This document shows, piece after piece, positions 9,228-18,828 of a stretch of 64,000 nucleotides of DNA. The number at the start of each line of letters is the position of its first letter. The first letter of the stretch is position 1. The stretch is from assembly GCA_034660395.1 (NCBI GenBank), contig JAYEJA010000049.1:1731-65730 (forward strand). Reading direction: 5' to 3'. A model generated the notes under the pieces. The model made no database searches, had not been told where the DNA came from, and saw only the letters and a list, made by a program, of their open reading frames with translations. The DNA is from Actinomycetota bacterium (GTDB lineage Bacteria; Actinomycetota; Humimicrobiia; Humimicrobiales; Humimicrobiaceae). The position numbers were made by a program, and so were the translations under genes.

Positions 9228-9725
9228 TTAAATTCCCATTTTTATTTCATTAACCCTGGACAGAAGCTCTTCTCTCGACTTCCTGTCAAGGTGGTCAATA
9301 TACATTTTCCCGTTTAAGTGATCAATTTCATGCTGGAATATTCTCGCCAGTAAGCCCTCTGCCTTTACCACCACATCCCGGCCTTTCAAGTCCTTTGCTT
9401 TCACTTCGACTTTCTTATACCTGTTAACACTGTAATCCCTTATTGAATAGATACTGAGGCATCCTTCAATTGAACTTTCCATCTCCTTATCAAGAACTTT
9501 TATCTCCGGATTTATGAATGCTTCTGTACCATCTCCCCTATCAACTATTATGACCCTTCTGCTAACTCCTATCTGCGGAGCAGCCAGTCCTACTCCACCT
9601 TCCTCTTTTGCAATATCAATCATATCATTAACCAGACTTATAACTTTATCATCTATTTTTTCTACCTTATTACTTTTTTCTCTTAAAACAGGGTCGCCAA
9701 TTTTTCTTATTTTCTTAACAGCCAT
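9228..9725 (-). CDS. def: peptide deformylase
   Basis: GVGLAAPQIG, EGCLS and HEIDHLNG motifs. Confidence 0.9.
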   Translation of the reverse strand: MAVKKIRKIGDPVLREKSNKVEKIDDKVISLVNDMIDIAKEEGGVGLAAPQIGVSRRVIIVDRGDGTEAFINPEIKVLDKEMESSIEGCLSIYSIRDYSVNRYKKVEVKAKDLKGRDVVVKAEGLLARIFQHEIDHLNGKMYIDHLDRKSREELLSRVNEIKMGI

Positions 9726-9749
9726 TAATTAATCTCCCTTCAAATGAAC

Positions 9750-12008
9750 TTACAAAATCCATACCGGATTTATATCAATTATTATCCTATTTTCATCGAA
9801 TTTTTTAAACCTTTTTAATAGTTCGGCTAACCTGCCGCTTAATTTATCCAAATCTTTAGCCTTTATCATAATATGCCACCTGTAAAATCTGTTTATTTTA
9901 TAAAATGGTGCAGGCGCAGGTCCCAGTACACTGTCTTCCTCACCAACAACTCCGTGAAGGCCCGGGGCAAGCTCGTTTATATCTTTCTTTACCATTTTTT
10001 CATCCTTCCCTGAAACTATTATGTTTATCAGGTCGGAAAACGGCGGGTATCTGAGTTCCCTTCTGCTTTCAAGCTCCTGCCTGTAAAAAGATTCATAATC
10101 ATCCCGGAGGACATTTTTCATTACCATACTTTCAGGATTATAGGTTTGAATTATGACTTTCCCCTTCTTTTTTTTTCTGCCTGCCCTGCCCGATACCTGT
10201 GTAATAAGCTGATAAATCCTCTCATTCATATGATAATCGGGAAGGCCCAGCATACCATCACTGTTAATAATTCCTACAAGGGTTATATCTTCTATATCCA
10301 GACCTTTGGCTATCATCTGCGTCCCTATTAGAATGGAGCCCCCCGGAGAAATAAATTTTTTAAGTATTTCCTGATGCGATTTCTTTTTAACGGTCGCATC
10401 CGAGTCCATTCTTAACACAGGCACCTCTTTAAATCTTGCTTCAAGCTTTGATTGAACTTTCTGGATACCGGTCCCGTACAGCGTCATACTGCTTGCGCCG
10501 CATACATCACACCTGCCTGTATAAATTTTTTCCCTTCCGCAATGGTGGCACATCAGCTTTCTCTTATCCCTGTGGTAATTATATGGAAGGTCGCATGCAG
10601 GACATTTCGGCACATTACCGCATTTGCTGCATATAACAAAATTACTATATCCTCTCCTGTTTAAAAAAATAATTACTTTATTGTTTTTTTCCAGCTCATT
10701 TTTTACTTCTTTAAACAGTTCCCCGGTAACAGTAACATCTTCCTTCCTGTAGTCTATCTTTTTTAAATCTATCAATTTCATTTCCAGAGGACTGCTGCTC
10801 TGGGCTTTTACAGGAATCTTAATAAGGGTAAAATCTTTTTCATTTTCAGACCTGTATCTTGTAACTATACTCGGCGTAGCACTGCCCATGACAACAGGAA
10901 TACCCAGGATTCCCCCCATCTTCATAGCTACTTCTCCTGTGTTATATCTTACTCCTGTCCCCTCCTTGTATGATGAGTCATGCTCTTCATCTATTATTAT
11001 TATTCCCAGATTGTTTAGCGGAGTAAAAATGGAAGACCTTGTTCCAATTATTATCTCAAATCTATCATTCCATATGTCCAGCCATCTCTCGTATCTTTCC
11101 GCCACATTCATATTCGAGTGATAAACGCCAACTCCATCACCAAACTCCTGCTGAAATCTTGAAAATAACTGAGGTATCAAAGATATCTCGGGCGTAAGTA
11201 TCAGAGCCCTTTTATTATTTTTCAGGACCCTCCTGCACGCAGCTATATAAATATCGGTTTTACCGCTTCCTGTAACGCCTTCAATTAGAATTTTATGAAA
11301 AACGTCTTTATCCAGGACATTCTCAATAGACGATATGGCATTTTTCTGGTATGGATTTAAAGTTATTTTCTTTTTAATCCTGTTTCTTTTATACTCATAT
11401 TTAAAATCCCTTTTATGCCTCTTCCTCGTTACGGAAATTATCCCTTTTTGTATAAGGAAATTAACATTTGAATAGCTGCATCCCGTATCTTTTATCAACT
11501 TTTCTTTTAGTATTTCATTATGTCTTCCCAGATAATCAATTATTTTCTTCTTTGAATAGTTCTTCTTCCAGTTTATCTTATCACGGTACTTATTGTATTT
11601 ATCTTTATCCAGTGATAAATAATCCCTGTATTTAAGCTTGACCCTGCTTTTCGCAGCCGATTTTCTACCCTTTTCCCCCGGAGGAATAAAAAATTTTGCA
11701 GCACTTCCAAACGGCTGAACATAATAGCGGCTTATCCATTTTATTAACTTTAGCTTTTTGGGATTAAAAACAGGTTTCCGGCTTATTACCTCTTTAATAT
11801 CCTTAATTTCCCTGTCATGCAGCTCAGATTTGCTTTTAGTTTTTATTACATAACCAGTTTCAAACCTGTTCTTAAACGGGACCCTGACAATTACACCTAT
11901 ATAAACACCGGATAATAAGTTCGGGGGTATGCGATAGTCAAAAGGTCTGTTAACATTAAGAGCTTTTATATCAATATAAATCTCTGCATATTTATTTTTT
12001 ATATTCAT
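9750..12008 (-). CDS. priA: primosomal protein N' (replication restart helicase PriA)
   Basis: Walker A GVTGSGKT, DEEH box, Cys-rich zinc-binding region (CSKCGNVPKCPACD...CHHCG). Confidence 0.9.
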   Translation of the reverse strand: MNIKNKYAEIYIDIKALNVNRPFDYRIPPNLLSGVYIGVIVRVPFKNRFETGYVIKTKSKSELHDREIKDIKEVISRKPVFNPKKLKLIKWISRYYVQPFGSAAKFFIPPGEKGRKSAAKSRVKLKYRDYLSLDKDKYNKYRDKINWKKNYSKKKIIDYLGRHNEILKEKLIKDTGCSYSNVNFLIQKGIISVTRKRHKRDFKYEYKRNRIKKKITLNPYQKNAISSIENVLDKDVFHKILIEGVTGSGKTDIYIAACRRVLKNNKRALILTPEISLIPQLFSRFQQEFGDGVGVYHSNMNVAERYERWLDIWNDRFEIIIGTRSSIFTPLNNLGIIIIDEEHDSSYKEGTGVRYNTGEVAMKMGGILGIPVVMGSATPSIVTRYRSENEKDFTLIKIPVKAQSSSPLEMKLIDLKKIDYRKEDVTVTGELFKEVKNELEKNNKVIIFLNRRGYSNFVICSKCGNVPKCPACDLPYNYHRDKRKLMCHHCGREKIYTGRCDVCGASSMTLYGTGIQKVQSKLEARFKEVPVLRMDSDATVKKKSHQEILKKFISPGGSILIGTQMIAKGLDIEDITLVGIINSDGMLGLPDYHMNERIYQLITQVSGRAGRKKKKGKVIIQTYNPESMVMKNVLRDDYESFYRQELESRRELRYPPFSDLINIIVSGKDEKMVKKDINELAPGLHGVVGEEDSVLGPAPAPFYKINRFYRWHIMIKAKDLDKLSGRLAELLKRFKKFDENRIIIDINPVWIL

Positions 12009-12022
12009 TTGAACCAGTGCAT

Positions 12023-13228
12023 CTATTTAAGTCCAAGAAAACTCTTAACCTCTTCAACTTTATCCAGCTTTTCCCAGGTAAAATCTCTGTCATGTCTGCC
12101 AAAATGGCCGTAAGCTGCAGTTTTTTTATAAATAGGCCTTAGCAAGTTCAGGTTTTTAATAATAGCTGCAGGTCTTAAATCAAATATCTCTTCTACCGCT
12201 TTTTCAATTTTCTTAACATCCACTTTTTCAGTTCCGAATGTTTCTACCATAACAGAAACCGGGTGCGATACTCCTATGGCATAAGCGACTTCTATCTCAA
12301 CCCTTTCAGCAGCCCCGCTTGCTACCAGATTTTTAGCTACATGCCTCGCAGCATAAGCGGCTGACCTGTCTACCTTGGAGGGGTCCTTTCCTGAAAAGCA
12401 TCCCCCGCCGTGTCTTGCTACTCCACCGTAGGTATCCGCAATTATTTTTCTCCCCGTCAATCCGGTATCGCCCATCGGACCACCTATGGTAAATTCTCCC
12501 GTAGGGTTAACATACAGTTTAAAATCATTATCTATATACTCTTTCGGTATAATCGGTTTTATTACAAACTCCTTCATATCCGGTTTTATCTGGGACTCTA
12601 TATCTATCTTTGGAGCATGCTGGGTGGCTATTACAACCGTCTCAATTGAAACCGGCTTATTACCCTCGTACCTTACGGTTACCTGTGACTTGCCGTCTGG
12701 ACGGAGATAGGGCAATATACCTGCTTTCCTTACCTCAGATAAACGGTGCGCCAGCTTATGGGCAAGCTGAATTGTAAGAGGCATATAATCTTCGGTTTCG
12801 TTACAGGCATAACCGAACATCATGCCCTGATCGCCTGCGCCCTGCGAATCAAATTCATTCTCATATCCGTTCCCCACTCTGGATTCATAGGCATTGTTAA
12901 CACCTTTAGCTATATTTGAAGACTGTTTCCCTATGGAAGTGAGGACTCCGCATGTTTCACAATCAAATCCATACTTTGCCCTGGTATATCCTATGTCTTT
13001 TATTACCTCCCTTACAATATCAGGTATCTCCGCATAAGTAGATGTAGTAACCTCACCTGCCACTATTACTATTCCGGTTTTAAGTAAAGTTTCAATAGCA
13101 ACCCTGCACCCGGTATCGTTAGCTATTATCGCGTCGAGAACAGCATCGGATATCTGGTCAGCCATTTTGTCCGGGTGTCCTTCAGTTACTGATTCTGAAG
13201 TTAGCAAGTAATCCCTTTTCTTTGCCAT
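12023..13228 (-). CDS. metK: S-adenosylmethionine synthetase
   Basis: [25 protein letters not shown]-terminus and [19 protein letters not shown] motif. Confidence 0.95.
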   Translation of the reverse strand: MAKKRDYLLTSESVTEGHPDKMADQISDAVLDAIIANDTGCRVAIETLLKTGIVIVAGEVTTSTYAEIPDIVREVIKDIGYTRAKYGFDCETCGVLTSIGKQSSNIAKGVNNAYESRVGNGYENEFDSQGAGDQGMMFGYACNETEDYMPLTIQLAHKLAHRLSEVRKAGILPYLRPDGKSQVTVRYEGNKPVSIETVVIATQHAPKIDIESQIKPDMKEFVIKPIIPKEYIDNDFKLYVNPTGEFTIGGPMGDTGLTGRKIIADTYGGVARHGGGCFSGKDPSKVDRSAAYAARHVAKNLVASGAAERVEIEVAYAIGVSHPVSVMVETFGTEKVDVKKIEKAVEEIFDLRPAAIIKNLNLLRPIYKKTAAYGHFGRHDRDFTWEKLDKVEEVKSFLGLK

Positions 13229-13264
13229 TATTCCTCCTGTTAATCTTTGTCTCCTATTAATCTT

Positions 13265-14485
13265 TTATCTAATTAAATCTTTTAAAATTTCGTCATATAT
13301 TCCCCTGGCAATTATTCGCTTCCTGTCCTTCTTAAGTTTTTTTACGCAACCATCTTTTTTTATTATGTCAACCTCGTTGAAGTCGCTCTCCATACCGATA
13401 TCTTCTCTTGATATATCATTTGCAACAACCATGTCGATATTTTTATCTGCAAATTTTGCCATTATATCTTTTACACCATAACTTTCTTCAGCTGCAAAAC
13501 CAACCAGGTACTGCCTCTTTTTCTTTTTTTCTGCCAGCAACTTCAGTATATTTTCATTCTCCCTGAAGTTTATTTTTGATAATATATCATTTTTCTTTCT
13601 TAACTTGAAATCATATTTTTTAACGGGGACTATATCACTTACTGCTGCCGACATTATTATAATATCTGCAGATTCAAAATACTTAAATAATGCTCTTTTC
13701 ATATCTTCCGTACTTTCAACATAATTAACCTTTACCCCGTACGGAGGAGTAAGATTTTTTGCAGTGCTGATAAGCACCACACTGCTGGCTCCCCTGAAAT
13801 AAGCTTCCTCTGCCATTGCATAACCCATCCTGCCGCTTGATTCATTTGAAATATATCTAACCCTATCAGCGAACTCCCGGGTACCGCCGGCAGTAACTAT
13901 AATTTTTTTGCCCTTAAGGTCATTGCTATACTTTAACAGCCCCGCCAGCTTTTCAATTATTTTTTCCTCTTTCTCGAGCCTTCCCAGACCTCTTTCACCG
14001 CAGGCCAGATTCCCGCTTGCAGGTCCCGCGAAAAAGAACTTGCCGCTTCCCTTAAGTCTCTTTATGTTTTCCTTAATTAAATTATCACGATACATGCTCT
14101 CGTTCATGGCAGGAGCAATCAGAACAGGGCACTCCGCAGCTATTACTGATGTTGTAAGGAAATTATCGCCAACGCCATAGGATAATTTTGATATACTATT
14201 TGCTGAAGCAGGAGCAATTAAAAACGCATCAGAACTATGGGATAGTGATATATGTGAAATTTTTTTTTGTTTGGCAAATTGTTCCACAATAGCTTCATTA
14301 CCGGAAATTGCGCTAAAAGTAGCGGGACCAATAAAATTAAGGGCACCCGGAGTCAATACCGGAAATACATTTGCTCCCATTTGAGTTAAAATGCTGCAGA
14401 TTGAAGCTGCTTTAAAAGCAGCAATAGAAGCAGTGACTCCCAGGACTATCCTTTTATTAGAAAATGGTGACTTATCCGAAATCAA
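13265..14485 (-). CDS. coaBC: bifunctional phosphopantothenoylcysteine decarboxylase / phosphopantothenate-cysteine ligase
   Basis: Flavoprotein N-domain (GVTASIAAFKA) plus DFP C-domain. Confidence 0.9.
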   Translation of the reverse strand: MISDKSPFSNKRIVLGVTASIAAFKAASICSILTQMGANVFPVLTPGALNFIGPATFSAISGNEAIVEQFAKQKKISHISLSHSSDAFLIAPASANSISKLSYGVGDNFLTTSVIAAECPVLIAPAMNESMYRDNLIKENIKRLKGSGKFFFAGPASGNLACGERGLGRLEKEEKIIEKLAGLLKYSNDLKGKKIIVTAGGTREFADRVRYISNESSGRMGYAMAEEAYFRGASSVVLISTAKNLTPPYGVKVNYVESTEDMKRALFKYFESADIIIMSAAVSDIVPVKKYDFKLRKKNDILSKINFRENENILKLLAEKKKKRQYLVGFAAEESYGVKDIMAKFADKNIDMVVANDISREDIGMESDFNEVDIIKKDGCVKKLKKDRKRIIARGIYDEILKDLIR

Positions 14486-14487
14486 AT

Positions 14488-14727
14488 TTATACGGTTTCC
14501 TTTTTTTCCTTATAAGTTATTTGCTTATCTTTTATTTCTTTAAAGGCAATTTCAAGCGGGTCGCGCGATTCTATATCTACCAGCGGCTTTATCACGCTTA
14601 CTCTTTCCATATTCTTTTGTGCCGACAGGTATTCACCAAGTTCTCTTGCCCTCTTTGCCGCTGCCATGCACAATTTATACTTGCTGTCTATACTCTCTTT
14701 GTATTCATCGATATATTGTACTTTCAT
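14488..14727 (-). CDS. rpoZ: DNA-directed RNA polymerase subunit omega
   Basis: 79 aa with KYKLCMAAAKRARELG omega signature, between gmk and coaBC. Confidence 0.8.
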   Translation of the reverse strand: MKVQYIDEYKESIDSKYKLCMAAAKRARELGEYLSAQKNMERVSVIKPLVDIESRDPLEIAFKEIKDKQITYKEKKETV

Positions 14728-14740
14728 TTCAGGTTAATCT

Positions 14741-15304
14741 TCACCTTCCTTCTTTATTAAGTACTTTCTTTAAGTTAATCAGAGCTTCATTATAATCATT
14801 ATTCGCAATTATACAATCATAATATTTTTCATATTCTAATTCTTTTTTAGCAATTTCAAGCCTTTTTTTTACTTCCCCGTCACTTTCAGAACCTCTCTTC
14901 TGTATCCTCTTTTCCAGCTCATCAACAGATGAAGCAGTAATAAATATCAGGTAGGCATCTTTTATCTTCTTTCTAACCTTCATGGCGCCCTGAACATCTA
15001 TTACCAGTATAACATTCTTTCCTTTATCCAGATTCTCCATTACGAATTTTTTTGGAGTACCATATAAACACCCGGCGTAAGATGCCCATTCCAGTAACTT
15101 ATTTTCTTCTATAAGTCTGTCAAACTCTTTCCTGCTTATGAAATGGTAATGGCTGCCGGACTTTTCAATTTCTCTTCTGGGTCTGGTGGTAACTGAAATG
15201 GATTTGATGAAATTACCTGACTTTCTTATCGCATCAATAACCAGGCTGCTTTTCCCTGAACCGGAAGGTCCAGAAATAATAAACAATTTTCCTCTACCTG
15301 CCAT
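14741..15304 (-). CDS. gmk: guanylate kinase
   Basis: P-loop GPSGSGKSS and guanylate kinase fold motifs. Confidence 0.9.
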   Translation of the reverse strand: MAGRGKLFIISGPSGSGKSSLVIDAIRKSGNFIKSISVTTRPRREIEKSGSHYHFISRKEFDRLIEENKLLEWASYAGCLYGTPKKFVMENLDKGKNVILVIDVQGAMKVRKKIKDAYLIFITASSVDELEKRIQKRGSESDGEVKKRLEIAKKELEYEKYYDCIIANNDYNEALINLKKVLNKEGR

Positions 15305-15327
15305 AAAAATACTTTAAATCTACCAGT

Positions 15328-15648
15328 CTAGCTGATTTTAAAAAACCGGTAAAAACTGTGTTTCTGATTCTTCCCCAGCCCTCCAACTTTCTTATTGGGA
15401 GATATTTTCAAACTTTTTAAGATTTTTAGTGCATTTACTTTGCCGTTTCCGGGAAGTGCGCCAACCAGTTCTAAAACTTTCATATTGCTTATATATTCAT
15501 TAAAAAGCTTTTTATCCTTAAAAAGTTTTTTAATATCCGTTTTGCCTTCCTTTAACATGCCTTTTATTTCAGCTCTTTTCTTCCTGACCACTCTGGCCTT
15601 TTCCAACCCTTTTCTTCTATCATCATCGCTTAAATTGTTTAAAGACAT
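15328..15648 (-). CDS. integration host factor-like protein (actinobacterial sIHF/MihF family)
   Basis: 106 aa. The pattern LSDDDRRKGLEKARVVRKKRAEIKGMLKEG...MKVLELVGALPGNGKVNALKILKSLKISPNKKVGGLG matches MihF/sIHF. It sits directly upstream of gmk, as mihF does in actinobacteria. Confidence 0.55.
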   Translation of the reverse strand: MSLNNLSDDDRRKGLEKARVVRKKRAEIKGMLKEGKTDIKKLFKDKKLFNEYISNMKVLELVGALPGNGKVNALKILKSLKISPNKKVGGLGKNQKHSFYRFFKIS

Positions 15649-15685
15649 GCAACTCCTTCTGTTACGAAAAAACTAGATATATTAG

Positions 15686-15714
15686 AGTATACAAATATAT
15701 ATATTTAATATCAA
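15686..15714 (-). promoter_or_regulatory. near-consensus sigma70 promoter (TTGATA-17-TATACT) for the mihF-gmk-rpoZ-coaBC-metK-priA... transcription unit
   Basis: On the minus strand, TTGATA is the complement of 15709-15714 and TATACT the complement of 15686-15691, with a 17-nt spacer, in the 88-bp pyrE/mihF gap. A GAAGGAG RBS follows. Confidence 0.45.
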
Positions 15715-15736
15715 CTTTTTTTACTAATTAAATTAA

Positions 15737-16342
15737 TTAAAATTTTTTTCTGCTGCCGGGGTATTCCAGAGGATAATTTTTCCTGCATAACTCACAACGG
15801 GAAGGAGGATATTTATCAATATTTAGATTTATTAAATAATAATAAGGACATTCAAATTTTAAATTTTCTGAGCGGTCTACGATACTTACCACAGCTTTTA
15901 CTTTCGCTCCGTAACCTTTACATATATCTATTACTTCACTTACCGAGCCGCCTGTAGTTACAACATCTTCGGCCACAATGATTTCTTCGTCTTTTTTTAT
16001 TTCAAAACCACGCCTTAGCTCCATTTTTTTGTTTTTTCTTTCAGCAAAAACCATCCTGTATCCACCTGCATAAGCAAGCATATAGCCCCATTGTATTCCC
16101 CCCACTGCCGGAGACACTACCGTATTTACTTTATTTAATTCAACCTTTTCCTTTATTACTCCAAGACCTTTATTTGCGAGCTTGAAGGTAATGCCGGGAT
16201 ACTGAAGCAGTCTTGCGCACTGAAGGTAATAATTGCTATGATATCCCGAGGTTAACTGAAAATGGCCTTCCATTATAGAACCCGTGTCTTTGAGTATCTT
16301 AAACAAATTAGTACCTTTAACCTCATTTATTACTTTAATCAT
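15737..16342 (-). CDS. pyrE: orotate phosphoribosyltransferase
   Basis: PRPP-binding motif IIVAEDVVTTGGS. Confidence 0.9.
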   Translation of the reverse strand: MIKVINEVKGTNLFKILKDTGSIMEGHFQLTSGYHSNYYLQCARLLQYPGITFKLANKGLGVIKEKVELNKVNTVVSPAVGGIQWGYMLAYAGGYRMVFAERKNKKMELRRGFEIKKDEEIIVAEDVVTTGGSVSEVIDICKGYGAKVKAVVSIVDRSENLKFECPYYYLINLNIDKYPPSRCELCRKNYPLEYPGSRKKF

Positions 16343-16344
16343 AA

Positions 16345-17079
16345 CTATATACTCCCCTCTATTTCTTCCAGATACATATCTATAACCTTCGGAATATTAC
16401 CTCTTGTTGTTATTGAACGCCCGACTATTATAAAATCCGCACCACTTGCTATTGCCTGCCGGGGGGTATTTATCCTTTTCTGGTCTCCGGCGCTATCACC
16501 GGGAAGCCTTATTCCCGGGGTTGCGATATAAAATCCGCCGCCTAATTTATTCCTTATTGGTTCTACTTCATTTGGTGAACATATTATCCCGTCCATCCCG
16601 GACTCCACGGCAACCTTTGATAAATTTAAAACAGAATCTAAAAAATTACTCTTAAAACCAAGTTCATCAAGGTCCCCGTCATCCAGACTTGTGAGAATGG
16701 TAACCCCCAAAAAAAGCGGCCTTAATTTTGCCCTGAGCTCTGTCTGCTTTTCAACAGCTTCACGCGCACTTACAAGCATCTTTCTTCCGCCCAGCGTATG
16801 AATGGTTAAAGCCCTGACATCAAGATTCCCTATAGCCCTGGCAGCCCGGCTTACTGTATTTGGAATATCCATAAGCTTGGCGTCAAGCATTACATCATAA
16901 CCAAAACTCCTTATGGTATTAATTATTGAAGGTCCGGTACTGTATATTAACTCCAGACCTATTTTTATAGTTGAAACCTTACCGGAAATTCTTTTGCATA
17001 GACTTATAATCTCGCTTTTGCTGTTTGCATCTATACTTATAATTAATCTTTCCTCGGGCAACAATTTATTTTTTTTCAA
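16345..17079 (-). CDS. pyrF: orotidine 5'-phosphate decarboxylase
   Basis: IISIDANS...DAKLMDIPNTV motif. Confidence 0.9.
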   Translation of the reverse strand: MKKNKLLPEERLIISIDANSKSEIISLCKRISGKVSTIKIGLELIYSTGPSIINTIRSFGYDVMLDAKLMDIPNTVSRAARAIGNLDVRALTIHTLGGRKMLVSAREAVEKQTELRAKLRPLFLGVTILTSLDDGDLDELGFKSNFLDSVLNLSKVAVESGMDGIICSPNEVEPIRNKLGGGFYIATPGIRLPGDSAGDQKRINTPRQAIASGADFIIVGRSITTRGNIPKVIDMYLEEIEGSI

Positions 17080-18041
17080 ATCCTTATCCTCCCGATTATC
17101 TCATTAATATCATAAATCTTTTTGCTCTCAAGATAAGACTTTAGCCCGTCTATTATTCTCTTGCCAATATCATACTGTACAAAATTTGCTGTGCCTATAC
17201 CTATTGCACTGGCGCCCGCTATCAGAAATTCCAGTGCATCTCTAAGACCGAATATACCTCCCATGCCTATAACCGGAAGAATTTTTTCCTTTGACAGGGA
17301 ATATACCCTGACCAGGGCAATAGGTTTTATTGCCGGTCCGGAAAGCCCGCCGGTTACATTAGCCAGCTCGGGCCTGAAAGTCTGTACATTTACTGCCATC
17401 CCGATTACCGTATTAATAATCGATATTGCCTCGGCTCCCCCCTTTTCCGCTGCAGCCGCTGCTTCAATAAGATTGTGCTGGTTGGGACTGAGCTTTACCA
17501 TTACAGGTATCTTAACAATACGAACGACTGACTTTACTATCTTCCTTACATCGTCGGGTACGGCACTGAATGCCATGCCGCCTTTATCTACATTCGGGCA
17601 TGACAGATTTAGCTCTACCGCTATTATCCTTTTCTTTATATCTGCAATTTTATTGGCAAGCTCAGTAAAATCCTTTTTCTTACGACCAAATATGCTCAGG
17701 ATAAGCTTTACACCTATCTTTTCCGCTTTTGGAAGGTCCTTCTTCTTAAAAACATTAATGCCGTCATTTTGAAGCCCGACAGAGTTTAGTACTCCCCCAT
17801 GAGTTTCAAAAATCCTTGGAGGCGGATTCCCCTTCATTTGCTTTAAAGAATAACTTTTCGTGGTCACCGCTCCCAGTAAGGCAGTATTGTAAAACTGGTT
17901 GTACTCCATCCCGTAGCCAAAAGTACCCGAACACATAATTACAGGATTGCTCAGCTTTATTCTGCCAAGTTCCACCGCAAGCTCGGGACCATTTCTGCCT
18001 GACTCTTCCTCATAAGGGAAAAGCCTGTTTTCTTCAGTCAA
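17076..18041 (-). CDS. pyrD: dihydroorotate dehydrogenase class 1B, catalytic subunit
   Basis: TIM-barrel DHODH motifs (NSVGLQNDG, ISIINT...). It overlaps pyrK by 8 nt. Confidence 0.9.
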   Translation of the reverse strand: MTEENRLFPYEEESGRNGPELAVELGRIKLSNPVIMCSGTFGYGMEYNQFYNTALLGAVTTKSYSLKQMKGNPPPRIFETHGGVLNSVGLQNDGINVFKKKDLPKAEKIGVKLILSIFGRKKKDFTELANKIADIKKRIIAVELNLSCPNVDKGGMAFSAVPDDVRKIVKSVVRIVKIPVMVKLSPNQHNLIEAAAAAEKGGAEAISIINTVIGMAVNVQTFRPELANVTGGLSGPAIKPIALVRVYSLSKEKILPVIGMGGIFGLRDALEFLIAGASAIGIGTANFVQYDIGKRIIDGLKSYLESKKIYDINEIIGRIRI

Positions 18042-18828
18042 AAATTACCTCCCTTAAATTAAATGCCGGACCCTCCCTGCATACTTTTTTATATGTGAAT
18101 CCTCTCTTACCTTTTTTTACTTTTACGACACACCCGTTGCAAACACCTACTCCGCAGGCCATCATTTCTTCCAGGAGCGCTGTTACTTTATTATCCGTAC
18201 CCATATAATTCCTTTTTAAAGCTTTTAACATATCCACCGGTCCGCAGCAATAGACATCATAATCTTTAAATGATTTCAAATTGTCCCAGATGTAATCAGA
18301 AACCAGTCCTTTCTCCCCCCAGCTTCCGTCTTCAGTAAAAATGGTATAATTGATTTTAAGCTCTATTAAATCTTCCTCCCACCTGAAATAATCATTATTC
18401 TTAAAGCCGGCAGCAAAAAAAACATTTTTTTTCATCCTGCCGGCTTGCTTTGCCAGCAAATTCAATGGAGCAATACCTATTCCTCCCCCGATTAAAAGTA
18501 CGTTTTCTCTGGTCTCACCAATGTCTATACCGTTACCCAGGGGACCTATAAAATCAAGGATATCCCCCTTTTTAAGACCCATAAGAAACCTTGTTCCCTT
18601 CCCTCTTATTCTGTATAAAACTGAAAACACATTGAACTTTTTCTCAATTTCAAAAATACCGAAGGGCCGCCTTAATAACGGATCTATTATTCCCGGATGC
18701 GAGCATCTGACATTAATAAATTGTCCCGGTTTTGTTTCTTTGCATATGTAAGGCGAAAAAACACTAATCTTAAAAAGATTATCATTATATTTCTCGTTTG
18801 ATATTATTTCCCCGTTTAAAAGCTTCAT
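18034..18828 (-). CDS. pyrK: dihydroorotate dehydrogenase electron-transfer subunit (FAD/NAD-binding, 2Fe-2S)
   Basis: C-terminal CGVGVCNGC cluster motif and position between carB and pyrD. Confidence 0.85.
   Translation of the reverse strand: MKLLNGEIISNEKYNDNLFKISVFSPYICKETKPGQFINVRCSHPGIIDPLLRRPFGIFEIEKKFNVFSVLYRIRGKGTRFLMGLKKGDILDFIGPLGNGIDIGETRENVLLIGGGIGIAPLNLLAKQAGRMKKNVFFAAGFKNNDYFRWEEDLIELKINYTIFTEDGSWGEKGLVSDYIWDNLKSFKDYDVYCCGPVDMLKALKRNYMGTDNKVTALLEEMMACGVGVCNGCVVKVKKGKRGFTYKKVCREGPAFNLREVIFD

Noticed and set aside
10168-10176. A9/T9 homopolymers inside priA (10168-10176) and coaBC (14260-14268)
   Set aside because: They encode poly-Lys (KKKK) in frame in an AT-rich genome. There is no evidence of frameshifted downstream ORFs.
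17161-17772. 203-aa plus-strand ORF inside pyrD. Similar long antisense ORFs occur at 24798-25442 (in pyrB), 60985-61689 (in dnaX), 5459-5821 and 5876-6211 (in yloV), and 36342-36662 (in ileS)
   Set aside because: They lie fully within strongly supported minus-strand genes, have low-complexity Ser/Leu/Phe/Ile-rich translations typical of antisense AT-rich DNA, and no RBS. They are shadows of the real genes.
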